From contig CACJML010000001.1 of the NCBI GenBank assembly GCA_902594515.1, positions 146,977 through 210,976 on the forward strand: DNA of 64,000 nucleotides. Reading direction: 5' to 3'. This document shows positions 1 to 8,540 of this stretch, one piece after another. The translations under genes were made by a program, and so were the position numbers. Within the stretch, counting starts at the first letter, position 1; each line of letters begins with the position of its first letter. A model generated the notes under the pieces. That model saw nothing but the letters and a program-made list of their open reading frames with translations, ran no database searches and had not been told where the DNA came from. Source of the DNA: an uncultured SAR86 cluster bacterium (GTDB taxonomy: Bacteria > Pseudomonadota > Gammaproteobacteria > Magnimaribacterales > D2472).

Positions 1-685
<685 letters not shown>

Positions 686-747
686 GTAACCTTAAGAAAG
701 GTTGCTTCTATCAAGTTTTGTAGTGCTCTAAAAATTACATACCAGTT

Positions 748-866
748 TGCCTGATGACAATAGCAGTTTGGTACCACCTGATCCCATCTCGAACTCAGAA
801 GTGAAACGAACTAACGCCAATGGTAGTGCAGGGCTTCCCTGTGTGAGAGTAGGAAATCGTCAGGCT
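748..866 (+). rRNA. rrf: 5S rRNA
   Basis: TGCCTGATGAC...GTCAGGC terminal stem; internal CCACCTGATCCCATCTCGAACTCAGAAGTGAAAC and GGTAGT...GTGAGAGTAGG motifs; ~60 nt after 23S. Confidence 0.97.
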
Positions 867-877
867 TTTTATTTAGG

Positions 878-912
878 AAGAGCTTTCAGTGATCTGAAAG
901 CTCTTTTTTTTT
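878..912 (+). terminator. Rho-independent terminator of the rRNA operon
   Basis: Perfect 12-bp inverted repeat AAGAGCTTTCAG-TGAT-CTGAAAGCTCTT followed by a T run, just after 5S. Confidence 0.9.
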
Positions 913-929
913 GTTATAAAATTATCTTC

Positions 930-1361
930 ATGGAACTTCAAGAAATCTCAGATCGTATGGAAATTGAGAAGCTTGTTACAAACTATGCTTCTGCCGTTGA
1001 CCAAAAACAATTCCAAAGGTTTAGAGATTTTTTTACACCTGATTGCTTCATTGACTACACAAAGGTTGGAGGAATAAGCGGTACTTTAGAAGAAATAATT
1101 TCTTATTTAGAGTCAGCGCTTAAACACTTTCCCAATTATCAACATATGATCTCAAATATTTCTATTGATTTTGATGAAAGCAATAATTCAGCTATTGGCA
1201 AGGTCATGTGCTTCAACCCAATGGAGGATAAGAAGGGAAAAGTATTCTTTTTGGGGATGTGGTACAACGATAAATATCAGCGAACCAAGGATGGTTGGAA
1301 AATATCAGAAAGAATTGAAGAAAGTTCGTGGTCATTAAACGCACCCATCAATACGAAATAA
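930..1361 (+). CDS. SnoaL-like / NTF2-fold protein (143 aa)
   Basis: Real start is ATG 930; the track ORF from 747 runs through 5S rRNA. Pattern DRMEIEKLVTNYASAVD...FTPDCFIDY...QHMISN...YNDKYQRTKDGWKISER is typical of SnoaL_4 proteins. Confidence 0.8.
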   Translation: MELQEISDRMEIEKLVTNYASAVDQKQFQRFRDFFTPDCFIDYTKVGGISGTLEEIISYLESALKHFPNYQHMISNISIDFDESNNSAIGKVMCFNPMEDKKGKVFFLGMWYNDKYQRTKDGWKISERIEESSWSLNAPINTK

Positions 1362-1370
1362 GGATTTAAA

Positions 1371-1964
1371 TTGATAATAGGTTTAACAGGCGGCATCGGA
1401 TCAGGGAAATCAGCTGCAGGAAATATTTTTAGAAAGCATGAGATTACCGTAATTGATGCTGATCAAGCATCAAGGGAAGTTTTTGAGAAAGATCCTATAG
1501 CAAAATCTGAAGCGATTGATTTGTTAGGTCAAGAAATAGTTCAAAGTGATGGAAGTCTTAGTAGAGAAAAAATTAGAGACTTAGTATTCAATGATTATGA
1601 CCTTAAAAGTAATTTAGAAAAAATTGTCCATCCAGCTGTTAGAAAAGTGATTAGTAACGAAATCCAAAAATCTGAGTCAATCTATACGATAATTGAGGTA
1701 CCTTTAATTTTCGAAACTGATTCAGCCTCTAACTATCAACGAATTCTGGTGATTGATTGTAAGCCTGAGATTTCCTTAAATAGGGCAGCATCAAGAGATA
1801 ATGTCCCTGACATTGAGATAAAAAAAATTATGCTCTCGCAATGCAGCAGAAATGAGAGGTTAAGTATCGCCAATGATGTAATCACCAATAATGACAGCCT
1901 GCAAGACTTAGAAGTAAAGATTTCAACCATCCATAACTTTTACTTAGAGTTATGTAATGAGTAA
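1371..1964 (+). CDS. coaE: Dephospho-CoA kinase
   Basis: [14 protein letters not shown]-loop, [21 protein letters not shown] motifs. Confidence 0.96.
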   Translation: MIIGLTGGIGSGKSAAGNIFRKHEITVIDADQASREVFEKDPIAKSEAIDLLGQEIVQSDGSLSREKIRDLVFNDYDLKSNLEKIVHPAVRKVISNEIQKSESIYTIIEVPLIFETDSASNYQRILVIDCKPEISLNRAASRDNVPDIEIKKIMLSQCSRNERLSIANDVITNNDSLQDLEVKISTIHNFYLELCNE

Positions 1965-2130
1965 CCAATTTTCATGCCCACAATGTAAAGGGGAAGCAGA
2001 TATCAGCAAGAAAAATATATTTCGCCCATTTTGCTCAGAAAGGTGCAAGCTTATAGATCTAGGTGAGTGGGCTAATGAGGAAAAAGTTATACAAAGACCA
2101 ATACACTCTGAAGATTTTTCTGAAGATTAA
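1957..2130 (+). CDS. yacG: DNA gyrase inhibitor YacG (57 aa, not in the ORF track)
   Basis: Translated by hand: [57 protein letters not shown]; CPxC...RPFCSxRCxxIDLGxWA zinc motif; follows coaE. Confidence 0.95.
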   Translation: MSNQFSCPQCKGEADISKKNIFRPFCSERCKLIDLGEWANEEKVIQRPIHSEDFSED

Positions 2131-2675
2131 GTAAACATTGAAATACCAGCGATTCCCTGAGCTCCATGTTTTCGAGCAATTTCTAAGTCCAGAATGTTCA
2201 TACCTCCCAGAGCAAAGACTTTAGAGGAGCATTGAACTGCTAATTTTGAAAAGTTTTTCCAGCCCAATTTTGGATTGAATTTATCAATCAAGACTGGACT
2301 TACCAAAACAAAATCAAGGCTCATGAAATTTGCTTTATTAATTTCTTCAATATTATGGCAAGAAGCAGAAATAACAGATTGGGGTTTTAATTTTTCTAAG
2401 CTCTCATTTTTAACTCTTTTTAATTCAACAGAATTCATATGCAGACCAAATGAAATATCTTTTTGACTAGCGAAATCATTTGCTTTTGCATTAATAGAAA
2501 TTGATGCGTTAGACAGTTTTCTAAGCCTGTTTGCAAACTCTAGTTTTGTTGCAAAGGAAGCATTAGTATCTCTAACTATAATCAGATCTGGTTTGTTTCT
2601 TATTGAAAAAGACTTGATATAGTCTTGAGGGTCAAGATCATCTAACTCATCTGGAGTGATCGCAATAAGTCTCAC
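2127..2675 (-). CDS. Thiamine-phosphate-synthase-like (ThiE/TenI) domain protein, resembling the C-terminal domain of MutT-TenI fusions
   Basis: GLHMNS..., [43 protein letters not shown]. Probable start GTG 2675 overlapping the secA stop (GTGA); track start is TTG 2687. Confidence 0.8.
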   Translation of the reverse strand: MRLIAITPDELDDLDPQDYIKSFSIRNKPDLIIVRDTNASFATKLEFANRLRKLSNASISINAKANDFASQKDISFGLHMNSVELKRVKNESLEKLKPQSVISASCHNIEEINKANFMSLDFVLVSPVLIDKFNPKLGWKNFSKLAVQCSSKVFALGGMNILDLEIARKHGAQGIAGISMFT

Positions 2676-5359
2676 TTTCCACAACAATGCTTAAATTTCT
2701 TTCCTGAGCCACAATGACATGGATCATTTCTACCAAGCTTTGGTGCATTTCTTTGGATGGTTTGAGGTACTTTAGGCTCTTGTGGTTGTGAAGAAATATT
2801 TTGATCTATTGTGGGTTGTTGAAGGGTTGGTTGATTTTCCGAGCTTAAAGATTGTTGCTTTTTTTGTTCTTCTAAAGCTCTTTCTTTTAATTCATTAATT
2901 TCTTCTTCAGAAACTAATTCAAGACTAAAGAGTACTTTAACTGTTTCTGTATTTATTGTTTGAAGCATTTCTTCAAACATTTCATATGCTTCTCGTTTGT
3001 ATTCATTTTTTGGATTTTTTTGTGCGTAAGCCCTCAACCCAATGTTTTGTCGCAAATGATCCATTTCAGCAAGATGATCCTTCCAGTGATTATCCAAAAC
3101 CTGAAGCATGACTTGTTTTTCAAGCATTTTAAGGTTGTCACCAATATGTGCATATTTTGATTTGTAGAATTTAGATGCCTCATCAGCAACATAGAAAGCT
3201 ATATCTTTAGGCAATATTGATCGATCGCTTTTAACCTTACCTGCAAGACTTAAGTTGAGTTTGAAATTTGATCTAAGTTCTTCTTCAAGCTCCTCTAATT
3301 TCCATTGAGTTTCAACAGATTCAGGAGGTACGGCATCGTAGGATATTGCAGTAAATTCATCTTCGATTAATTCGTTTATGCTATTGGATATTTCATCTTC
3401 AAAAAGAAGTTGATCTCTTAGCTGGTATACAGCTTGCCTTTGATCATTTGCAACATCATCATATTCAAGCAAGTTTTTTCTGAGATCAAAGTTACGGTTT
3501 TCAATTCTTTTCTGCGCATTTTCAATGCCTCTTGAAAGCATTTTATGCTCAATATGATCATCACCCATACCGATTCTCTCAAACAAACCCCTACGACTGT
3601 CAGATATGAAGAGCCTTAACAAGTCATCTTCTAACGAAAGGAAAAACTTTGAGTAACCAGGATCACCTTGTCTTCCAGCTCTACCTCTCAACTGGTTATC
3701 AATCCTTCTTGATTCATGTCTTTCAGTTCCTAAAATATGTAAGCCTCCTGCATCAAGCACGGTCTGATTCTGTGATACCCAATTGGAATCTTTTTCACCT
3801 TCAGTTTTCCCACCCAAGACAATATCAGTACCTCGCCCAGCCATATTTGTAGCAATTGTGACTGCGCCAGGCACTCCTGCATTTGCAATGATTTCAGCTT
3901 CTTTTGCATGTTGTTTAGCATTAAGAACCTGATGTTGAATCCCTTTTTTTGTTAGGAGCGAGGATACTATCTCTGAAGATTCGACTGATGCAGTACCCAC
4001 AAGAACAGGTGCTTTTTTTGAGCGTATAGTCTCAATTTCTTCAATTAAGGCTTTGTATTTTGCCTCCTTAGTTAAAAAAACTAAATCATCACAATCCTCA
4101 CGAACCATATCTTTATGAGTTGGAATGATAACAACATCAAGCCCATATATTTCACTAAACTCTCTAGCCTCGGTATCTGCGGTCCCTGTCATCCCAGACA
4201 ATGTTTTAAAGAGTCTAAAAAAATTCTGAAAAGTTGTAGAGGCTAATGTTTGTGATTCTCGTTGAACCGTTACATTTTCTTTGGCCTCAAGAGCTTGATG
4301 AACACCTTCGCTAATTCTTCTCCCAGGCATTGTTCTCCCAGTGTGCTCATCAATGAGCAACACTTCATTGTTCCTAACCAAATAATGAACGTTTTTATTA
4401 AATAAATAATTAGCTTTCAGGGTTGCCTGAACATACCTCATAATTTTGAGATTGGCAGCTGAGTAAAGATTTTCATCTTCATTGAGCATTCCAATTTGCT
4501 CGAGGTACTTCTCAACTTTGATATACCCATCATCCGTAAGATCGACAGAGCGCATTTTTTCATCAATTAGATAATCGCCTTTTTCATTTTCATCAAGGGG
4601 CTCTTCCTCAGTTTCTTCCCTGGACTGACGTTTAAGGATAGGGATAATCTTCTTTATTTTTTCATAATACTCTGGACTTTCACTGGATGGGCCTGAAATG
4701 ATAAGAGGAGTTCTGGCTTCATCGATAAGAATAGAATCAACTTCATCAACAATTGCAAAATCAAGTGAGCATTGAACTTTGTCTTCCGCTCGTAAAGCCA
4801 TATTATCTCGAAGGTAGTCAAAGCCAAGTTCATTGTTGGTTGCATAAATTACATCACTCTCATAGGCTTGTTTTTTTTCTTGAATTTCCTGATTGGAATA
4901 AATAACACCAACAGACATGCCTAAGAACTCATATACAGGCTTCATCCACTCCGAATCTCTTTGCGCAAGATAGTCATTCACGGTAACAAGGATGACCTTG
5001 TTATTATTGAGGTAGTTTAAGTAAGCAGGGAGGGTGCCTACCAAGGTTTTTCCTTCACCTGTTTTCATTTCACTGATTTTCCCTTGAGCAAGAGCAATGC
5101 CTCCAAGAAACTGGGAGTCAAAATGTCTTAGACCAATGGTCCTCACTCCAGCCTCTCTTACTGCAGCAAATGCATGGGCTGTTAATAAGTCAAGGCTTTC
5201 AGAGTAATTTTTGATGATTAGAGATTTAAGCGATAAAAACTCATCATCATTAAGTTCTTTATAGGTGGGCTCAACTTCGTTTGCTAGTTGAACAATTTTA
5301 TTTATTTTATTGAGATACCTTTGGTTGCTAGAACTAAATATTCTCTGAAAGATACTCAT
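2672..5359 (-). CDS. secA: Preprotein translocase ATPase SecA
   Basis: MKTGEGKT Walker A, DEVDSILIDEARTPLIISG, TNMAGRGTDI, QLRGRAGRQGDPG, C-terminal GRNDPCHCGSGKKFKHCC. Confidence 0.99.
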   Translation of the reverse strand: MSIFQRIFSSSNQRYLNKINKIVQLANEVEPTYKELNDDEFLSLKSLIIKNYSESLDLLTAHAFAAVREAGVRTIGLRHFDSQFLGGIALAQGKISEMKTGEGKTLVGTLPAYLNYLNNNKVILVTVNDYLAQRDSEWMKPVYEFLGMSVGVIYSNQEIQEKKQAYESDVIYATNNELGFDYLRDNMALRAEDKVQCSLDFAIVDEVDSILIDEARTPLIISGPSSESPEYYEKIKKIIPILKRQSREETEEEPLDENEKGDYLIDEKMRSVDLTDDGYIKVEKYLEQIGMLNEDENLYSAANLKIMRYVQATLKANYLFNKNVHYLVRNNEVLLIDEHTGRTMPGRRISEGVHQALEAKENVTVQRESQTLASTTFQNFFRLFKTLSGMTGTADTEAREFSEIYGLDVVIIPTHKDMVREDCDDLVFLTKEAKYKALIEEIETIRSKKAPVLVGTASVESSEIVSSLLTKKGIQHQVLNAKQHAKEAEIIANAGVPGAVTIATNMAGRGTDIVLGGKTEGEKDSNWVSQNQTVLDAGGLHILGTERHESRRIDNQLRGRAGRQGDPGYSKFFLSLEDDLLRLFISDSRRGLFERIGMGDDHIEHKMLSRGIENAQKRIENRNFDLRKNLLEYDDVANDQRQAVYQLRDQLLFEDEISNSINELIEDEFTAISYDAVPPESVETQWKLEELEEELRSNFKLNLSLAGKVKSDRSILPKDIAFYVADEASKFYKSKYAHIGDNLKMLEKQVMLQVLDNHWKDHLAEMDHLRQNIGLRAYAQKNPKNEYKREAYEMFEEMLQTINTETVKVLFSLELVSEEEINELKERALEEQKKQQSLSSENQPTLQQPTIDQNISSQPQEPKVPQTIQRNAPKLGRNDPCHCGSGKKFKHCCGK

Positions 5360-5367
5360 CGCAGGGA

Positions 5368-6282
5368 CTATGTATTTTCGAATGGCGGCTTTGAATAGGA
5401 TATTGGTGCAGTAGCAATATCCTCAAAGGTAACTATTTCCCAGGCATCCTCAGAATCAAGAATTTTCCTTAACAGCTCATTATTTAAAGAATGTCCTGAT
5501 TTATATCCAGTAAATTGTCCAATTAGGTTATGCCCTAACAAGTATAGGTCACCAATAGCATCCAACATTTTGTGTTTTACAAACTCATCATCAAAACGAA
5601 GCCCTTCTTCATTTACAATCCCGTCTTCTCCAATTGCAATCGCATTAGCCACGCTTGCTCCCAGAGCTAAATCTTGAGATTGTAGGTAATCCAAATCTTT
5701 TGTTGATCCAAAAGTTCTTGCTCTACAAACCTCTTTAACGAAGGATGTTGAGGAAAAGTCTATTGAGGATCTTGATGCATACTTATTAATGGTTGGGTCA
5801 TCAAATTCAATTGTAAAACTCACTTTAAAGCCATCAAAAGGCTTGATTGCTGCAAAGGAATCTCCTCGTTCAACTTTCACCTCTTTTTTTACTTTAATAA
5901 ATTTTTTTATCTTTTCTTGTTGGGTGATTCCAGCTGATTGAATTAAAAACACAAAAGGGCCAGCACTTCCATCCATAATAGGAATCTCAGGACCATTAAC
6001 TTTAATGATACAGTTATCAACACCTAATCCTGCTATAGCCGATAGCAGATGTTCAATGGTAGCTATTCTTGATCCTTCTTTATAAAGGGTTGTCGAAAGT
6101 GTGGTATCACCAACGTGCTCAAAAATAGCTGGAATTTCTACATTTGGCTCAAGATCTGATCTAATGAAATTAATGCCTGAATCAACTGGAGCAGGGAGCA
6201 GTTCTAAAATAACTTTCTTGCCACTATGCAGCCCAACTCCCATCGCTTTAATTGGATTTGTTATAGTTCTTTGTTGAAGCAT
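5368..6282 (-). CDS. lpxC: UDP-3-O-acyl-GlcNAc deacetylase
   Basis: [15 protein letters not shown] and [10 protein letters not shown] zinc motifs, SGHSLN. Confidence 0.98.
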   Translation of the reverse strand: MLQQRTITNPIKAMGVGLHSGKKVILELLPAPVDSGINFIRSDLEPNVEIPAIFEHVGDTTLSTTLYKEGSRIATIEHLLSAIAGLGVDNCIIKVNGPEIPIMDGSAGPFVFLIQSAGITQQEKIKKFIKVKKEVKVERGDSFAAIKPFDGFKVSFTIEFDDPTINKYASRSSIDFSSTSFVKEVCRARTFGSTKDLDYLQSQDLALGASVANAIAIGEDGIVNEEGLRFDDEFVKHKMLDAIGDLYLLGHNLIGQFTGYKSGHSLNNELLRKILDSEDAWEIVTFEDIATAPISYSKPPFENT

Positions 6283-6287
6283 GAGAT

Positions 6288-7013
6288 TTATGAACAGCTT
6301 TTATGTTTTTTGATTTCAAATAATACCACCCCTGAAGCCACAGATACATTCAAACTATTTATTAATTCACTATCACTGAGATTAACAACATTATTGCAAG
6401 TATCGAGCGTTTTCTGTCGAATACCTGTTTCCTCTGATCCCACGATAAGTGCTAAGGGAGTATTGAAATCCATCGTAGTATAGATTTTTTCACTGTGCTC
6501 ACTCGTTCCAATGATTTCTATACCTTGATCTTTTAAGAACTTAATTATATTTATCAAATTTGAAACCATAAAAATTTTTCCAATCTCAGTCCCACCACAT
6601 GAAACTTTTCTGACGGTTGAAGTAATAGGAGAGCATTGATGTTTATTAATAATAATTGCATCGACATTAGCTGCAATTGCTGAGCGGATACATGCTCCAA
6701 GATTTCTTGGATCAATAATATTATCGATTATGAATAGTGTAGGATTCTCAGGAGCTGATGATTCAATAAATTCCTTTAAATCCTTATTCCCTAATTTAGG
6801 TTGAGTAGTTATTTTTGCTATTGGATATTGTTTAATTTTTTTATTTATCTCAACATCGATACTTAATCCTTTTGCAACAGATACAAGACTGGATAACCTT
6901 TCATCATTTCGGCTATCAGGGATATAAATCTTTTTGATGATTTCAGGCGAATGCTTTAAAAGCGCATCCACAACATGAAAACCTTCACGTTTTTCTTCTT
7001 CTTTTAAGTTCAT
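6288..7013 (-). CDS. rlmB: 23S rRNA (Gm2251) 2'-O-methyltransferase, TrmH/SpoU family
   Basis: [38 protein letters not shown] motifs; downstream of rnr as in other gammaproteobacteria. Confidence 0.9.
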   Translation of the reverse strand: MNLKEEEKREGFHVVDALLKHSPEIIKKIYIPDSRNDERLSSLVSVAKGLSIDVEINKKIKQYPIAKITTQPKLGNKDLKEFIESSAPENPTLFIIDNIIDPRNLGACIRSAIAANVDAIIINKHQCSPITSTVRKVSCGGTEIGKIFMVSNLINIIKFLKDQGIEIIGTSEHSEKIYTTMDFNTPLALIVGSEETGIRQKTLDTCNNVVNLSDSELINSLNVSVASGVVLFEIKKHKSCS

Positions 7014-8424
7014 TTTTCAGGAGCGTCATTTTACCCTCAAATGGAGAAACTGCTACTATCTTTACCTTAATAGAGTCACCAAACCTATATCTTCTGCCAG
7101 ACTTTATTCCATATAAATATGTTTGATCTTTTGATAATTGATAACGATCTCTTTTTAAGTCTGCAACGTGCAGTAACCCTGAAACTAAAAATTTTTCTAG
7201 GGTAATGAATAATCCAAACTCTGTTACTCCAGAAATCACCCCCTCAAATGCCTCACCTAAATGTCTTTTTAAGTAATCAAAAATTAAAATTTGATTAACT
7301 TTTCTTGAAGCATTTTCTGCTCGATGTTCAAGTTTAGATGAAATTTCACAGATCTCTTGGTCATTTTTTTTATAACTTGAATAATCATTATCATCTTCAA
7401 TGCAACTTTTAATCATTCTGTGAGTGAGTAAATCCGGATACCTTCTTATTGGAGAGGTAAAGTGACAATATTGATCTAGCTGAAGTCCAAAATGACCTAA
7501 ATTTTCGGTTGAATATTCAGCGCGTTTCATTGTTTGGAGAATGAGGGATTGCTTTAATTGATCCTTGGCAGATATTTTTTCAGAGATACTATTGATTTGA
7601 GATGCCGGATCTCGAGGATTTTGTAACTGCACGTCAGCACCTAAGATTTTTTTCAGCGTTTCAAGTTTTAATTGGTCAGGCTCCTCATGAACTCGGAATG
7701 GAGCATATCCAAACCTATTATTCAATAAATCAGCAGCACATTCGTTTGCTAGCAGCATACATTCTTCGATCATTTGGTTGGCAAAAATATTTTTTCTGAA
7801 ACTAATTGCTTTAGAAGTACCATCATCATTAATTTTTATTAAGTGTTCTTTTGAGTGAATTCTTACTGCACCTCTTTTTTCTTTAATTGCAATTCTTTTA
7901 TGCGCTAAGCTTTTTAGATTCTTGAGTGAATCAATTACTGCGTCTGAGAGCGAGGATTTAAAACTATTATTTTCTACCTCTGTGTAAGTTAATCTTGCAT
8001 GTGAATGGATAATAGCCGAAAAAAAATTATATTTTTTTAGGCAACAATCTTTATCAAGATTAATTTTTACAACAAGCGAGGGTCGATCTTCATTTGGCTT
8101 CAGTGAACATAAATTATTAGATAGGATTTCAGGTAACATTGGAATGACAAAATTAGGAAAATAGATTGATGTTCCTCTGTTTATAGCCTCCTTATCAATG
8201 CTTGATCCAGGTTTTACATAAAGTGAGACGTCAGCTATGGCAACGTACAGATCATAACCATCATTGTGTTCAATACAGAAGACAGCATCATCAAAATCTT
8301 TTGCATCTTCACCATCAATGGTTACAAAAGCAATATTAGAAAGATTTTTCCTAATTAGATTATCCAGATTAATTTTTAATGATGCAGACTCTTGCTTTAC
8401 AATAGATGGCCACGAGGTTGGCAA
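6985..8424 (-). CDS. rnr: RNase R / RNB-family exoribonuclease, short form (RNB + S1 only); start uncertain, homology and open frame extend to ~8500
   Basis: TIDGEDAKDFDDAV catalytic motif, IEECMLLAN, HFGL...YCHFTSPIRRYPDLLTHR, S1 domain (FEGVISGVTEFGLFI); adjacent to rlmB. Confidence 0.88.
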   Translation of the reverse strand: MPTSWPSIVKQESASLKINLDNLIRKNLSNIAFVTIDGEDAKDFDDAVFCIEHNDGYDLYVAIADVSLYVKPGSSIDKEAINRGTSIYFPNFVIPMLPEILSNNLCSLKPNEDRPSLVVKINLDKDCCLKKYNFFSAIIHSHARLTYTEVENNSFKSSLSDAVIDSLKNLKSLAHKRIAIKEKRGAVRIHSKEHLIKINDDGTSKAISFRKNIFANQMIEECMLLANECAADLLNNRFGYAPFRVHEEPDQLKLETLKKILGADVQLQNPRDPASQINSISEKISAKDQLKQSLILQTMKRAEYSTENLGHFGLQLDQYCHFTSPIRRYPDLLTHRMIKSCIEDDNDYSSYKKNDQEICEISSKLEHRAENASRKVNQILIFDYLKRHLGEAFEGVISGVTEFGLFITLEKFLVSGLLHVADLKRDRYQLSKDQTYLYGIKSGRRYRFGDSIKVKIVAVSPFEGKMTLLKNELKRRRKT

Positions 8425-8540
8425 AGAGTTTTCTTGAACGACATGCTCAATAGCTTCTTCAAGAGTGATGGATGATGTATTTTTTTTTAGATTGATAAGG
8501 CATTATATTTGAATAATGTCTTAATCAAAATATAACGCTA

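Noticed and set aside
747-929. N-terminal 61 codons of the 204-aa ORF
   Set aside because: They overlap 5S rRNA and its terminator; the real gene starts at 930.
8501-8518. CATTAT-N6-ATAATG palindrome upstream of the TonB receptor as a Fur box
   Set aside because: Half-site orientation is opposite to the Fur 7-1-7 box, and short AT palindromes are expected by chance here.
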